A DNA stretch of 64,000 nucleotides from the NCBI GenBank assembly GCA_030704615.1, contig CM060732.1, positions 19,778,001 through 19,842,000 on the forward strand, written 5' to 3'. A program made the position numbers and the translations under genes. The stretch comes from Takakia lepidozioides (lineage: Eukaryota > Plantae > Bryophyta). Under the pieces are notes generated by a model. That model was not told the origin of the DNA, did not search any database, and saw nothing but the letters and a program-made list of their open reading frames with translations. Shown piece by piece: positions 14,301-27,290 of the stretch (position 1 is the first letter of the stretch; every line of letters starts with the position of its first letter).

Positions 14301-14629
14301 TGGAAATTTAGGGCCGTAAAACAGGGTGGAATGTGTTGAAGAAGGTGCCTTGATTAGCAGTGCGTATCAATTGTGTCACTGCTGCTGCGGCTTCCAGTTG
14401 ATATAACACAGTGACATACTGCAGATCATATCTGAATTGCCCTTTGTGGATTCCAGTGAAAGACTATTCATGGCAAACATGATATCCCCATCGATGGAAT
14501 GTGAATTGACACTTGAACAGACTATGACCCTCACCTCATTGACAAACTATCCATGCAGCTTGACCTGAGACTAACAAATCTGCCATGGCCAAGACAGCCA
14601 GGCACAGGAACAAAAGTAGGTGCCCATAC

Positions 14630-14776
14630 CAGTGCAGAGTGTGGATGCAAGCAGGATCAGGCTCAAGATCATCTTTGGCAGCTATGAATAGACAAGGCAC
14701 CTCAAACCCATTGATCTCCACATATGCTGCCACCTTAACCAATAACTTTGCAGCATGCTTCCATGATGCCTCCGAG
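14630..14776 (-). pseudogene. MIRO: Isolated exon of mitochondrial Rho GTPase (second GTPase domain)
   Basis: SEASWKHAAKLLVKVAAYVEINGFEVPCLFIAAKDDL matches the plant Miro EVPCLIVAAKDDL motif; bounded by CAG acceptor and GT donor. Confidence 0.75.
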
Positions 14777-14802
14777 CTGCCATGCCATACCATCCAGGAA
14801 CA

Positions 14803-15145
14803 TTTATCCTCGATGCACCCACATTTCGCATACATGTCCACGAGGGTATTGTTCAGAATGACGTCGGGTACAACTCCAGCTCTGATGATGTCACCATGAA
14901 CCTCTTTGTCCGTTTCCATGGCTGCCAGGCCCCCACACGCATTGCATATACAAACGGACCAGGTCTGGCTTCACCCCTTCCCGCGTCATTTGCTCATAGG
15001 TCTCTAATGCCTCCATCCCGCATCCATGCTGGGGAATATCCCGCGATCATTAGACTCCAGGACACGACATTTCGTTCAGCCATATTCTCAAACACTCCCT
15101 TTGTATCCTCAATAATGCCACATTTGGCATACATGTCCACGAGCA
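14803..15145 (-). pseudogene. PLS-class PPR gene fragment
   Basis: Two LVDMYAKCG motifs, ERNVVSW, EVHGDIIRAGVVPDVILNNTL; frameshifted and truncated at both ends. Confidence 0.85.
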
Positions 15146-16828
15146 TCACTGCTGCTCAAGTTTGTGTGTGCCAGAAAAGGTAACTTACGTAATGCTCGCC
15201 CACTCAGCCCCTGCAACAGAGCACCGCATCCTAAATTGTTAAGGTTTCTGATCAACTTGATATTCACTTTCTGTCACCTTCCCAGGCAAGATGACATTCT
15301 GGACTTCCATATCCAGCAGTTTTTGCCCTAGTATAGTTGTCTTTGGTAGAGAGTTGTCAGAGATTCAAATCAGTCAAGCTAGTCATATGTGAGCAAATAC
15401 TGGTGCATGGCACTTGGTTGTATTTACTTAGAAAAAAATCTCCACGATATACATGAACTGCTGTCAAGCACAAGCCATCAGGGGTCTGGGGGAGTTTTCT
15501 AGGTTTATTTTGTAAATGTCCCCAGCTACTATGCCAACATATACAGATCACTGGTGGCATTAGCTTGTATATTGCAATGTTGTGACTACAGAGCTGGTCA
15601 TCATCACATCATAACTGGAAGTCGCTAAAACATGTGAGGCACAACAAAGGGGAGGTTTGCAGTACCTCACAATCGTCTGCTATAACCAGCAGTTACTTTG
15701 ACAGTTCCATAGATGTAACTGCCGCTTGACCAGTTTGCATGCTAGTCTTTAACAAAGACTGCAGAGTCTCGTAGCTGACCAATCTTCTTTCTTCGTGGCC
15801 TGCTGGCTGCTACACCCCACCAATCGTTTCTTGTCAGGAGCATCCCGGCTGCCAAATCCCACAAAAAATCCGAACTTTCAAAGAGAGATTGAGCAAAGAC
15901 AACACCAAAGGTGATTGCAAAGAAGGCATCAGTGTTAGACCTCCTACGACCCTTCCTCTTGCACTTCCTCCTACCTACTTTTCTGCCTTACTACTTGTCT
16001 CTCGTTTGCAACATATGTAACCAGCAATGTATTACACAATGTTGATAGTAGAGATGCTACTCCCTAAGGATTTAGAGCTGTATATATTCATGGAACAATC
16101 ATGGCACTCACATGGGTGTATTCAGTGTGCCTACCATGATAATAATTCCAGTGCGGATCAGCTCCTGCAGGCAAGAGTGAAGTATGGCATAGCGTGCCTC
16201 CACAGAAGGTGGCCCGATGAACACTTTTATGTCAGCTCTGTCCACAAACGCAACATCTGCACCCCTTGCCCTTTTAAGGCCACCTAACAACAGTCCCTTT
16301 ATCAAGCTAGCTTACTTTTTATTCTGCACTATGCACAAGAAACAAAAGTGAAGCTACATGACAGCAGTACATACCAATTGCACCAGTTATGTTGGAGGTG
16401 GTGAGCACAACAATGTTGGGCCATGATTTGAGGCGGTCGAGCTGTGTGAGTAGAGCATTTACAGCCTGTCCAAACCCATGCCCTCTCCTGAATTGAGACT
16501 TAGGCACATTCTTCACTGTATCCATAAGTAACACCCACAATGATTTGAGCTAAGCAGAAAAAGTATACAGCTGCCAACGTTGAGACTATGAATATGATTC
16601 ATTCAAGTTGTCATAATGCAATTCATGATTAGTATGTCTGCACAATTTGTGGCAAACTTGGCAGTGCTCTTCTGAATGTTGCTGATTAGATCAATGGTCA
16701 GACACTCAGCTTACTCCCATTTATGAAGGGATAAGAATGATTCCAGGGCACGTACTCTGATAGAATCAGATGGCTCTGAGCCAGACAGGGCTGCCTGCCT
16801 TGCTGCTGCCAAGCTTTCCACCTCATCT
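15146..16828 (-). pseudogene. PCH2: Pachytene checkpoint 2 / TRIP13 AAA+ ATPase, 3' exons only
   Basis: Spliced exons [93 protein letters not shown], an exon with an in-frame TAA (~15695) and GLSGRALRKLPFLAH; no Walker A exons seen. Confidence 0.88.
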
Positions 16829-18343
16829 GTTCAACAAGCACCTCCATCGCATGAAATGACATGCCCAAACTCTAACGATATCAACATTACCAGGCAAGCA
16901 ATCTTGGAAGGTGCTCTGCTTCACAAATACCCTAAGTAATTGCAACAAGAGGTCCAGAATGCAAATACAGAGTCACATACAGAAAGTTACAGTGAGATAC
17001 CCCCTAATGCCGTCTGTCTTGCTTCTTCGGCCTGGTCAGTCAGTGTCTATCTCCTGTGTGTCCTGTATTTGCTATTGAGATGTACCACTAGAGTCAACCC
17101 ACAACACACCTGCATGCTTAACTGTGCGCCATGTTAGCTTTGTGTGGGCGCTTATTTTCATAGGAGGTTGGTCCGGATTTGATCACCGGCCAATCCTAGA
17201 GTATGCTGTCGGTGGTGAGGCTGGAGTGATGACCAGCAAGACCACCAGTGTTTCTTCTATGGTGAGGCCGGGTTGATGACCAGCAGACCATAGGAGTGCT
17301 TGCGGTGGATGCAGGTGCAGGTACAAGTCTACGTTAGAAACCTATTATTCCTGCTTGAACCAGTAGTTGCAACAGGTTCTTTACCCGGTTACCTTGTAGA
17401 AAGTGGGGATTAGAGACAGGTTGACAACCGGTTGGGTTGCGAGTTTTCATCACGGAGGTGCCACCAGCTGCTGAGGGGAGTGTCGGTACAAGCACCAGCG
17501 ATACTAGTGGGTACACAAGACAAGGTGTGCGGTTTAGGCCACTTTCACCTTCAGTGTCTTCTGAGGAAGGTTCAGACTCGGAGTCAGGAGGATTCTCGCC
17601 GCAGGTGCAAGTCATTTCCGTACCATTGTTGTGGGACACGATGGAGGAGATGTATGGAGCTACCAAGGGGCCACGTAGGTACTCTGGAGCTGTGGGCACC
17701 ATCGAGCTTGATGACTTTATACAAGAGTTTGACAATTGGTGTGATTTGCAGCAAATGCGCAATCCACAACTGTTTACGCCCTTTATGGCGTGGAAGGGGC
17801 TATTCCAGCACCTTGAGGGGCCGCCCATGGATGATTACCATGAATTTAGGCGGGGACATGCGGTGGAGATTGAGGAGTGGCGAGAGTATTGGTCACCTAA
17901 CTATGTCGCAATCACTAGAGGCACAAGGGCAGCGGTGACACCAGCAGCTACACAAACATCTCCAACTACAAGCACTTGTAGTGGAACAAGTAGTGCCGAC
18001 ACTTCTGCAGGTGGTACCAGTTCAAAAGGTGCTACTGCTCCTCCTGCCACAATTACAATACATGTGCCTAGATTCAACCCGGTGGTGGAGTTCTTCCAGG
18101 AGTTGCGGAGGAACTATCAAGGTGTCCGGACAGAGAAGCTGCAAAGTTTGCAAGACTTCCAGCGCAAATCCAGTGAGAGCTTGCGAGAGGCCTACACTCG
18201 TATGAGGCGCTTGATAAGTGTGACCCAAGGGGTTACTGAAGCTCAGGCAGTCTAGTTCTGGTATGGAATTTTGGACAAGGAGCTCAAGAGAAGGGTGCGG
18301 GATGCAACCCTGTTACAAGTGGCCCAACCCACATTAGCGGATG

Positions 18344-19074
18344 TGTCGCGGCCCTTTGCCTTGAGGGCAGGGGGTCGGGACACATGAGGGGCTGCCCCTG
18401 TGGTGGGGGCAGCGGCAGCGATAGGTATGGGGGGCTGAAGCACCCTTGAGTGCCCAAGGCACTCAAGGAGGCGGAGGCGGAGGCGCTCACTAGGTGGAGC
18501 CCCGCACACCGGGTTGCGGTGGGGGTGGCTCCACAAGGGGTGGTGGTAGCTTAGCGGGACTTAGTGGGGGTGGCATAGGACTCACCATGGGGGCGGAGAC
18601 CTCGTGGTGGGAGTCGTGGGGAGTCTTGGGACTCATCACGGTCCATAGGGGCCGTGGTGAGTGGGCCAAGACTCATCGCGACTCATCACCGGGAGTCGAG
18701 GGTTTTCGTGGTGGTTCGCCATAAAATGGCATGGCTGGTTGTGAAACCCCCGCGGACAGCTACAGAAGTATATATAGGGAGTAGTAACCCCGAGAACGGT
18801 GCAAGCCCGTTGGTGACCAAAACTAGTGAGTAAGCGAGCGAGCCGGAAAGCGACCAAAGAGTGGGGAGCTGTTCCGGACTGCCAACTACCAAAGGGAATT
18901 CCCGTTGGTTCCAAATCGGTGGAGGGTTCTTTGGGAGTTCAAAGGGGGACCGTTATGCCCCGGTGAGCAGCCGAAGCTCCAAGTTGGTCCGGCGGCCAGG
19001 TTGGGAGTTAGGCACGCGCATCAAGCTAGCAACTATGACCTGAAGGGGAGCTTACCGAAGTGAGGTGCGCGACA
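18344..19074 (+). repeat. 5' LTR of the chromovirus (731 bp, TG...CA)
   Basis: Direct repeat of 24578-25302. Confidence 0.95.
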
Positions 19075-19076
19075 CT

Positions 19077-19088
19077 TGGTATCAGAGC
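19077..19088 (+). promoter_or_regulatory. Primer binding site complementary to tRNA-iMet
   Basis: TGGTATCAGAGC 2 nt after the LTR end. Confidence 0.92.
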
Positions 19089-19129
19089 TTAGAGTTCAGT
19101 ACGTGATCGTCCTTGGGATTGGCCTCATC

Positions 19130-20887
19130 ATGGGGTCAGGCAAGCCAAAGCGAAAGTGGAACGGCCCAAAAGATGATGATCCTGGTGAGCCCGATGGGGG
19201 CGACGTGTCACCGAGGCGGCCATTTGAGGAAGCGATGTATGTCTCCGAAAACGAGGCCGCTCAAGAGCAGGAGGAATCTGAGGAGTCGGAGCCCGAGGAA
19301 TCCCTGAGAGCTCCGACCGACCAAAAGATGCCTCCCATGCCGGCAACCTTTTGGGAAGGGTTGTTGGCGCAATTTGGCGGGACGTTCAAAGACGTGTTGA
19401 AGGCGGCTAATGTCACTTCCACTAAGGCAAAATTTAAGGTGAAGCCTAAGGAACCTGGCACCTTCGAGGGCGTCCGAAATCGGAAGGCACTCAACACCTG
19501 GCTCCTGGAGCTAGAGCAGTACTTCCGGGCGGCCAAGTTGAGTGACGAGGATCTGGTGGAAGTGGCTCCCACCTATTTGAGGGGCTATGCTCAACAATGG
19601 TGGCAGAAACGCCTTCACGACCGAGGTCCAAGCCCGGAAACCTTGAACTGGAGTGGGTTCAAGGAATTGATGAAGAGGCAGTTTGTGCCCCTCAACGCGT
19701 CCCGACTCGCCCGGGACAAGATGAGGAATTTGAAGCAAACAGATGACATTCGGGGATATGTCCAGGCTTTCAATGTGCTGTTGCTCAAAGTCGCGGACAT
19801 GGCAGAACCAGAAATGGTCTTCAACTTTGTGGCGGGACTGGCCCCATGGGCCAGGCGGAAGTTGGAGGAGAAGCCACCTAAGACTTTGAACGAGGCAATT
19901 GAGAGGGCTGAATGTTTCTCGGATGTCCCTAAAGGTGAAAGACAAGGCCGTATGGAGCTGAACCACAAGAAGACCGGGCGGGAAGGTGACTCCTTCCGAC
20001 TGGAAAAGAAGTGGGATAGGCCACGCGGCGACAATGGCATGTGGAAATCGAAGGGAGGGCCTTCACAAGTCAAGGCGGCACCCGGTGCTTCGAAAGGAAA
20101 AGCGGGTGGAGCGGCCTATGGCGGACAGAAGGCGACCTTTGATGGAGTGTGTTTCAATTGCGGGGAGCCCGGGCACATGGCCAAGAAGTGCACAAAGCCC
20201 CGGCAATTGAACATGACTCGGGCGACCACAGAGCTGTCGGAAGATACCATCAGTCACTTGGTGGAAGCGGTGGTCGCCAGGACTTGCAAGGTAGGCAAAT
20301 TTTCTTGTGAACTGTATCAGGAAACTGGCGCCTTACGTAAAGGGAGTCAGTTATTGTTCGTGGATGGGATAATATCCGGAACTAACGTGTCATTGTTGGT
20401 GGACACAGGAGCGTCGCACTCCTTCATGACACCGGCAACGGCACAAAAGCTGGGACTCCCGACAAGTGATGTGGGGGCCTCTATTGAGGTGAGTTCTGCC
20501 AAAGGAGAACCGCAATTGGCGACGAGGTTGGCGTTCGATGTCCCTCTTCAACTGGGGAAATGGGAAGGACGTGAGAACTTCACCATTTGCGAGATCGATG
20601 GAGTGGATCTCATTTTGGGGATGACCTTTTTGAGCAAATCCGGAGCGGTCATAGATGGCCGTAAAAGAGTAGTCACGCTACCATGTGGGGATGGTGGCAA
20701 AGTCTTACGAGTATTGGAAACGCCCAAACCCGTGGGAGGGCGAATAAACCTTCTGTCAGCAAGGGAGTGGGCCGTGGAGGAGGCACATGAGCCCCAGTTT
20801 TTGCTTTACATTAGAGAAGTGAAGGGAGAAGTGGGGAGCCGAGCCCAGACTGGATCAAGGGGATTTTGGAGAGATACCAGGATGTGA
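19130..20887 (+). CDS. Chromovirus Gag and aspartic protease
   Basis: Retrotrans_gag-like region, [14 protein letters not shown] knuckle, [16 protein letters not shown]. Confidence 0.92.
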   Translation: MGSGKPKRKWNGPKDDDPGEPDGGDVSPRRPFEEAMYVSENEAAQEQEESEESEPEESLRAPTDQKMPPMPATFWEGLLAQFGGTFKDVLKAANVTSTKAKFKVKPKEPGTFEGVRNRKALNTWLLELEQYFRAAKLSDEDLVEVAPTYLRGYAQQWWQKRLHDRGPSPETLNWSGFKELMKRQFVPLNASRLARDKMRNLKQTDDIRGYVQAFNVLLLKVADMAEPEMVFNFVAGLAPWARRKLEEKPPKTLNEAIERAECFSDVPKGERQGRMELNHKKTGREGDSFRLEKKWDRPRGDNGMWKSKGGPSQVKAAPGASKGKAGGAAYGGQKATFDGVCFNCGEPGHMAKKCTKPRQLNMTRATTELSEDTISHLVEAVVARTCKVGKFSCELYQETGALRKGSQLLFVDGIISGTNVSLLVDTGASHSFMTPATAQKLGLPTSDVGASIEVSSAKGEPQLATRLAFDVPLQLGKWEGRENFTICEIDGVDLILGMTFLSKSGAVIDGRKRVVTLPCGDGGKVLRVLETPKPVGGRINLLSAREWAVEEAHEPQFLLYIREVKGEVGSRAQTGSRGFWRDTRM

Positions 20888-23331
20888 TGCCGGAGGATTT
20901 ACCAAGCGGCTTGCCACCGCAAAGAGGAGACAAGATTGAGGTGATACCGGGATCGGAACCGCCTGCCAAGGCGCCCTACCGGTTGAGCCACAGAGAGTTG
21001 GTCGAGCTGAAGACTCAGCTCAAAGATCTAATCTCAAAGGGGTACATCCGGCCGAGTAAGTCACCTTACGGAGCCCCGGTGCTATTTGCAGACAAGAAGG
21101 ATGGGATGTTGCGGATGTGTGTCGATTACAGGGCTTTGAATAAGGTGACTATCAAAAACCGGTATCCTTTGCCAAGGATCGACGACCTTTTCGATCGGTT
21201 GGCAGGAGCGAAGTATTTCAGCCGGATCGATCTGCGCTCCGGCTATCATCAAATTCGAGTGGCGGAAAGAGATGAGGAGAAGACCGCGTGCAGGACAAGG
21301 TATGGTTCATATGAGTTCTTGGTGATGCCTTTTGGGCTCACCAATGCACCTGCGACCTTTAGCACGCTGATGAACAGCCTTTTCCAGGAGTGGTTGGATG
21401 ACTTTGTGATCGTGTACATCGACGACATCTTGGTGTATTCGAAAACAAAGGAGGAGCACCTGAAGCACCTCAAAAGGGTGTTCCAGAAATTGCGGGAAGG
21501 GAAGCTGTATGCCAAAGCTTCAAAGTGCGAATTCGGGGTCACAAAAGTGGAGTTCCTGGGGCATGTGATTACACAGGATGGGATCAAAATGGATGACAGA
21601 AAGGTGAGGGCGATCTTGGACTGGGAGCCTCCGACTTCGGTCCCGGGAGTGCGATCTTTCCTAGGACTCACCTCCTATTACCGGAAGTATGTGAGAAATT
21701 TCGCCAAGATCGCGGGGCCGTTGTCAGACCTTCTGTGTAAATCCAAAGTCTGGGTATGGAACACCTTGTGTGACCAAGCTTTTGCTGAATTGAAGCAGCG
21801 GATGGCGGAAGCTCCAGTCTTGAAAATCCCGGAGTTCGATCGTCCATTCGAGATTCATACAGATGCGTCGGACTTTGCGATTGGGGGTGTACTGATGCAA
21901 GATGGACGTCCAGTGGCTTACGAAAGTAAGAAACTGAACGAAGTGGAGCGACGGTGGCCGACGCACGAGAAAGAGATGAAGGCGGTGGTGCACTGTCTTG
22001 AGCTTTGGCGCCACTATGTTGGTTCCAACCCAGTGAAGGTGTTCACGGACAATGTTACGGTGAAGTATTTTGCCACGCAGCCCAAGTTGTCCCCAAAACA
22101 ACTTAGGTGGCAAGATACTTTGGCGGTGTTTGACGTGGATATCCAATACAAACCGAGACGTGACAACGTGGTGGCCGATGCTTTAAGTAGAAAGCAGCAG
22201 CTCCTGTTGGTGTACAGGGGCGAGACGGCGCTCCAAAGGAAGATCCGGAAGGCTTGCCAGAAGGATGAGCTGGCGAAGTCCGTGATGCAGGACTTGAGGA
22301 GGGGGGTTAAATCGCAATTCCACTTGCAAAATGGACTGCTCCGGTATAAGCAAAAGCGTCTCTACGTGCCGAAGGGAGGGATCACAGATAGTCTCTTGAG
22401 AGAATGCCATGATAGCCCGCTTGCGGGCCACGGCGGAGCCAAGCGCACTGCGGCACTCTTGATTTTCTGGCCCAAACTGAGGGAGGAGGCAGAGGAGTAT
22501 GTCAAGACATGCACCACATGCCAACAAAACCGGAGCGAGTACAAAAAGCAAGCGGGGCTGTTACAACCCTTGCCGATTCCAGAGGGGACTTGGGAAAGCG
22601 TCTCGATGGATTTCATGACTGCTATGCCGCTGTCAAAAGGATTCGATGCAATCATGGTGGTGGTGGATAGGTTCAGTAAGATGGGCCATTTCATCCCCAC
22701 CAAGGAGACGGCAACGGCGCAAGAGACAGGGCGACTTTACTTCGCCCACGTCTTAAAACATCATGGAGTCCCGAAGGATATTGTCTCGGACCGCGATCCA
22801 AAGTTTACGAGTAAATTTTGGAGGACACTTTGGAAGAAGATGGGGACGAGGCTGAAGATGAGCACCGCCTTCCGACCTACGACCGACGGCCAAACGGAAA
22901 GAGTGAATTCCGTAGTGAAGCAGATCTTGCGGAATTACGTGTCGGCAGACCAATCAGACTGGGTGGAACACTTAGACGCGGTAGAGTTCTGTTATAATAA
23001 CACAGAACACTCCGCAACGGGAGTTTCCCCTTTCGTATTGGTCTATGGAAAAGCACCTCTGGTGCCGACAAGTTGGGCCGCCCGGGACGTTGAGGAACCG
23101 GCAGTATCGGCGGTACTGGAAGAACGCGAGCGTTTGTTGAAGCTCGCAAAATACAACATTGCCAAAGCGAGGAAACGGTATGAAAGGCAGGCGAATCGGA
23201 AGCGGAGGGAAGTGAAGTTTGAGGCAGGCACGGAAGTCTGGTTGAACATCAAGAATTTCCGACTACCTCCGGAAGTGAGTCCAAATTCGTACCTCCGTAT
23301 GCGGAACCCTTTCGCATCCGGAAGGTTATGA
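20866..23331 (+). CDS. Chromovirus Pol (RT, RNase H, integrase); frameshifted relative to gag and near 23280
   Basis: [25 protein letters not shown] zinc motif, [20 protein letters not shown]. Confidence 0.95.
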   Translation: MERYQDVMPEDLPSGLPPQRGDKIEVIPGSEPPAKAPYRLSHRELVELKTQLKDLISKGYIRPSKSPYGAPVLFADKKDGMLRMCVDYRALNKVTIKNRYPLPRIDDLFDRLAGAKYFSRIDLRSGYHQIRVAERDEEKTACRTRYGSYEFLVMPFGLTNAPATFSTLMNSLFQEWLDDFVIVYIDDILVYSKTKEEHLKHLKRVFQKLREGKLYAKASKCEFGVTKVEFLGHVITQDGIKMDDRKVRAILDWEPPTSVPGVRSFLGLTSYYRKYVRNFAKIAGPLSDLLCKSKVWVWNTLCDQAFAELKQRMAEAPVLKIPEFDRPFEIHTDASDFAIGGVLMQDGRPVAYESKKLNEVERRWPTHEKEMKAVVHCLELWRHYVGSNPVKVFTDNVTVKYFATQPKLSPKQLRWQDTLAVFDVDIQYKPRRDNVVADALSRKQQLLLVYRGETALQRKIRKACQKDELAKSVMQDLRRGVKSQFHLQNGLLRYKQKRLYVPKGGITDSLLRECHDSPLAGHGGAKRTAALLIFWPKLREEAEEYVKTCTTCQQNRSEYKKQAGLLQPLPIPEGTWESVSMDFMTAMPLSKGFDAIMVVVDRFSKMGHFIPTKETATAQETGRLYFAHVLKHHGVPKDIVSDRDPKFTSKFWRTLWKKMGTRLKMSTAFRPTTDGQTERVNSVVKQILRNYVSADQSDWVEHLDAVEFCYNNTEHSATGVSPFVLVYGKAPLVPTSWAARDVEEPAVSAVLEERERLLKLAKYNIAKARKRYERQANRKRREVKFEAGTEVWLNIKNFRLPPEVSPNSYLRMRNPFASGRL

Positions 23332-23672
23332 ATGAGGATGTGTATGAATTGGAGCTGCCGGCAAACAGCAAGGTGCATCCAGTATTTCACGTCTCCCTTT
23401 TGAAGCCTTACTTCAAAGATGAAGCGCGTCCGAATCGGCATCAAGTGTTGCTTCCGCCACCTGTGCTGTTGGATCATGAAAATGAACCTGAGTACGAGGT
23501 GGAGGCAGTACTTAAGTCGAGGAGGTTCAAGAACCGAGAAACGGAGTATCTCGTCAAATGGAAGGGCTATCATCATGTGGAGGCATCTTGGGTGCGTGCC
23601 TCAGAAATGGGAAACGCATCCGAGGCGGTTGCAGTTTTCGAAGGGCGACCTCAAAAGCGGAAGAAGCGTTGA
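23328..23672 (+). CDS. Integrase C-terminus with class I chromodomain (frameshifted piece)
   Basis: [13 protein letters not shown] then EYEVEAVL...YLVKWKGY...SW with the aromatic cage residues intact. Confidence 0.92.
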   Translation: MNEDVYELELPANSKVHPVFHVSLLKPYFKDEARPNRHQVLLPPPVLLDHENEPEYEVEAVLKSRRFKNRETEYLVKWKGYHHVEASWVRASEMGNASEAVAVFEGRPQKRKKR

Positions 23673-24577
23673 TGGGGACATCAACCTTGGAGCGTGGGGG
23701 AGGAAATGCATGCTTAGCCCAGCTTAGCTAGCTCAGGAATCCGATTGCAAAAACTTGTATTGTACAAAATTTGCTTTAAATGAAATGGTTTTCAAATGTT
23801 GTGCTTCCTATTTTGTTTGGAATGGTGATACATGGTATGGTTGGCTAGTGTGTAGAATGCATGCTAGCTTACAAAAGTGGGAGAGGTAAATTGGGTTAAT
23901 CGTGTGTTTGCATAGTGCCGAAATCGGGTGACTCCCATCCAAGGGGCAAGGAAACTTGCGCCTTCTTTGGGAGTTCACGTGCTAGTGCGCACCTGGCGCG
24001 TGCGCGTACTATAACTGCGCTACCGAGGGGGTTGCCTTGTAGTGCGGGCTAACGCGGAAGCTACGTGCTTCCGTTCACGTACTATAATCATGTAACCTTG
24101 GGACGAAGTCGTAGTGCGGCTTCGACGTGTTCCCGTACCTCAGGCCAGCATTCCAAGACGGACCCAATTGTAGTGATTGGGGGGCACGGTTGGTTCAAGG
24201 TTATCTTCCTAGTCAAAGGGGGTTCCAGGTGAACCCTTGCGCAAAGTGATGCCAAAAGCGGCATCAGGAGCGATCGCAAGCAATGTTGTTGCAGTAAGGC
24301 GATTCGATCCTCGGGGAGGATCGTTCCTTGACCTTGAAGAAGGCCAAGAAGAGTGCACTGGGAGGAGCTTGAGAGGATCCACCCCTGGCCGGGACTTGGA
24401 GGAAGTCGGCCGAACTAGCTAGTGGAGAGTAGAGTCAAGTGTGGGGTTTGGTTCTTTGCCATGGGACGCCAAGGTACGGAAACAAACTCCTTGATGTGGG
24501 ACGCCACAACTTGGATGTTCGTTTCTACAAAATGGACAAGTCGATGAGGACATCGACTCCTTGTTGGTAGGGGTGTG

Positions 24578-25302
24578 TGTCGCGGCCCTTTGCCTTGAGG
24601 GCAGGGGGTTGGGACACATGAGGGGCTGCCCCTGTGGTGGGGGCAGCGGCAGCGATAGGTATGGGGGGCTGAAGCACCCTTGAGTGCCCAAGGCACTCAA
24701 GGAGGCGGAGGCGCTCACTAGGTGGAGCCCCGCACACCAGGTTGCGGTGGGGGTGGCTCCACAAGGGGTGGTGGTAGCTTAGCGGACTTAGTGGGGGTGG
24801 CATAGGACTCACCATGGGGGCGGAGACCTCGTGGTGGGAGTCGTGGGGAGTCTTGGGACTCATCACGGTCCATAGGGGCCGTGGTGAGTGGGCCAAGACT
24901 CACCGCGACTCATCACCGGGAGTCGAGGGTTTTCGTGGTGGTTCGCCATAAAATGGCATGGCTGGTTGCGAAACCCCCGCGGATAGCTACAGAAGTATAT
25001 ATAGGGAGTAGTAACCCCGAGAACGGTGCAAGCCCGTTGGTGACCAAAAACTAGTGAGTAAGCGAGCGAGCCGGAAAGCGACCAAAGAGTGGGGAGCTGT
25101 TCCGGACTGCCAACTACCAAAGGGAATTCCCGCTGGTTCTAAATCGGTGGAGGGTTCTTTGGGAGTTCAAAGGGGGACCGTTATGCCCCGGTGAGCAGCC
25201 GAAGCTCCAAGTTGGTCCGGCGGCCAGGTTGGGAGTTAGGCGCGCGCATCAAGCTAGCAACTATGACCTGAAGGGGAGCTTACCGAAGTGAGGTGCACGA
25301 CG
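24578..25302 (+). repeat. 3' LTR of the chromovirus (725 bp)
   Basis: Repeat of the 5' LTR with about ten transitions and three small indels; preceded by PPT-like GGTAGGGGTGTG. Confidence 0.95.
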
Positions 25303-25729
25303 GGATGTGTTTCTGCTGGTTGAGCGGATTGAGCTCAACATGGTGGAGGAGCGAGTTGTTACCATTGGATTTGGCAAGGACATGCCTGCACGAGGTGCAG
25401 CTGCCAGCCAACAGGTACAAGGGACTGCCCAACAGCGTGGTCAGGGGGGCAAGGTTGCCCAACCCAAGTTCCATGGAGCTTACAGGGGACCTCAGGTGTA
25501 GAGGCCCGTGGCATCTTTTGCAGGCCAACAGCAACCAGGGGTGATATGTTGGACATGTGGAGGACCCCATGTCAAGAGAGATTGCCCAGAGAGTGGCAGA
25601 AGGCCGGCACAAGCACAGCCTGCACAGTTGCAGTGTGGGCATTGTGGCAAGTATGGGCATGGAGATGCCCAGTGTCATGACTTGCACCCTGAGTTGCGCC
25701 CAGGCCAGTTCCAAGGAAACAATGGTGGC

Positions 25730-26831
25730 GGGGGCGAAACAAGTGGCAAACATGGACACGTACTTGCGACCTCTTGTTGATGAACTTAAAGAGCTATGGA
25801 GGGGGGTCCCGGCATTGGATGCTTCACTTGACCCTATGGCCGGACAATCTTTTCAGATGAGAGGCATCTTGCTTTAGACAATGCATGATTATCCAGGTAT
25901 ATTATGTTCCCCATGAACAACCCGCGTACATTCACTTGTCAATGCCGGATAATATCGATGAAAATTGGGATTGATTGAAGTAGCGGCGACAGTCTTGTGC
26001 ACCGTAGTGGGGTAGATGGCATTATGGGCCATGCACATGACAACTTTTTGTTTTTGCTAATGTGGCGGGATGTGTAGTACAAGACTAACTGTTTGCTCGG
26101 GGCTAAGCACCAAAGGGTACCATGTATGCTTGCATTGTGGCGATGATCTTGATGCACATAGCTCCCGCCATCTTCACAAGATGGTGTATCCCAACTACTG
26201 CAAATTTCTTCCTATGAGCCATCGATGGAGAAGAAGAGAGAAACACTTGTTTGATGGCAAAGAGGAAGTACGTCCCCCCCCCCTATGACACCGTCCGGGC
26301 AATTTTGGGAAGATGGATGGAAGAAGGCCCATGCGGGCACGGACGGTGAAGTGGACGTGCCCGACATGAAATGAATTTCAATCTTCTACGAGTTGTCATA
26401 TTGGGCGGTACATATTCCACAAAGACACCGTCAATATCCCTATGCATGCATGTGATATCGCACATTTGGTATGCGTTGCATTGTCACTTTCACGTAAAAA
26501 TTTTTGTGTAAGTCTTTGTGGGTGGGGATATATGTAGGACCTGAAGATTCGCCATCTTCTAGATCCCATGCATATTGAGAAGAATGTCTGCTCGTCCCTT
26601 TTTCGGGTTCTTCATGGCACGCCGGCAAAGAAGGGAGTGGCTGCAAAAGGAGATTCTCTCGGTGTTAGAAATGAGCTTGAGGAGCAGGGTCGCATGCGCT
26701 ATCTATGGGCCGAACAAAATGGTGTGGACCCAAAAGGTGTTGTACGGTGGAAGTATAGGCGCGCACCTTGGCAATGGACAAAGGAGGAATACAAGAAAGT
26801 GATAGCCACCATAAGTGTTGTCCGAACACCA
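25730..26831 (+). pseudogene. CACTA/En-Spm Tnp2-family transposase fragment with introns
   Basis: MDTYLRPLVDELKELW, MHDYPG, GLSTKGYHVCLHC, FYELSYWA|DLKIRHLLDPMHIEKNVC (intron 26408-26537). Confidence 0.88.
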
Positions 26832-27290
26832 CACTAGTACAGATTAACGTTTTTATGACTATGGATATCATTGCAAATGCAGTCATAAGTGCTTTTATGA
26901 CTACCTCACTCTGCAGTGACAAACACGAAGTCAATTCTACCATGACTACGGAGTGATAAGTGCGAAGTCATGGTAGTCACTGAGGACGTGACACTTGCCC
27001 ATCGACGCATAGTGATGTAGGGTTTGGTGATGTAGTCATAAATAGATGACTACACGACTGAATATTATGACTAAGGTTACGACTACAACACTACTGCAGA
27101 GCGCCCACATTGAGAGACGTCTCCATGACACGTGTGACCCTCCGGATGTGACACGTAGCATCTACATGGAGAGGCGCATGGGTGACACGTGGGATCCTTT
27201 GGGATTTGACATGTGTAATCATCCCTGATGGGGCAATGGAGTAGTCATATCTTTATGACTACACGACTATGGGTATGGGTATATCCCTAC
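26832..27290 (+). mobile_element. CACTA element terminus with subterminal repeats
   Basis: Starts CACTAGTACAGA and truncates the Tnp2 frame; repeated ATGACTAC/GTAGTCAT motifs in both orientations; partner end not found. Confidence 0.65.

Larger units (their letters stand above)
18344..25302 (+). mobile_element. Near-complete Ty3/gypsy chromovirus (Galadriel-like)
   Basis: Paired LTRs, 5-bp TSD GGATG (18339-18343 and 25303-25307), tRNA-iMet PBS, PPT, order gag-PR-RT-RH-INT-chromodomain; clade is inferred from a class I chromodomain plus iMet PBS. Confidence 0.95.
17437..25728 (+). pseudogene. Retrotransposon gag with two CCHC knuckles, interrupted by the chromovirus
   Basis: Removing 18344-25307 rejoins ...PTLAD-VFLLVERIELN...; CWTCGGPHVKRDC and CGHCGKYGHGDAQC follow; internal TAG stops. 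Confidence 0.8.

Noticed and set aside
16996-17110. 5' LTR end and PBS for the interrupted gag
   Set aside because: CCCACAACA looks like an LTR end, but no TGG-type PBS follows and I saw no match to the LTR at 52234.
19261-23576. Antisense ORFs over the chromovirus (and similar ones over the DNMT-gypsy)
   Set aside because: Shadow frames of GC-rich coding sequence with no motifs.
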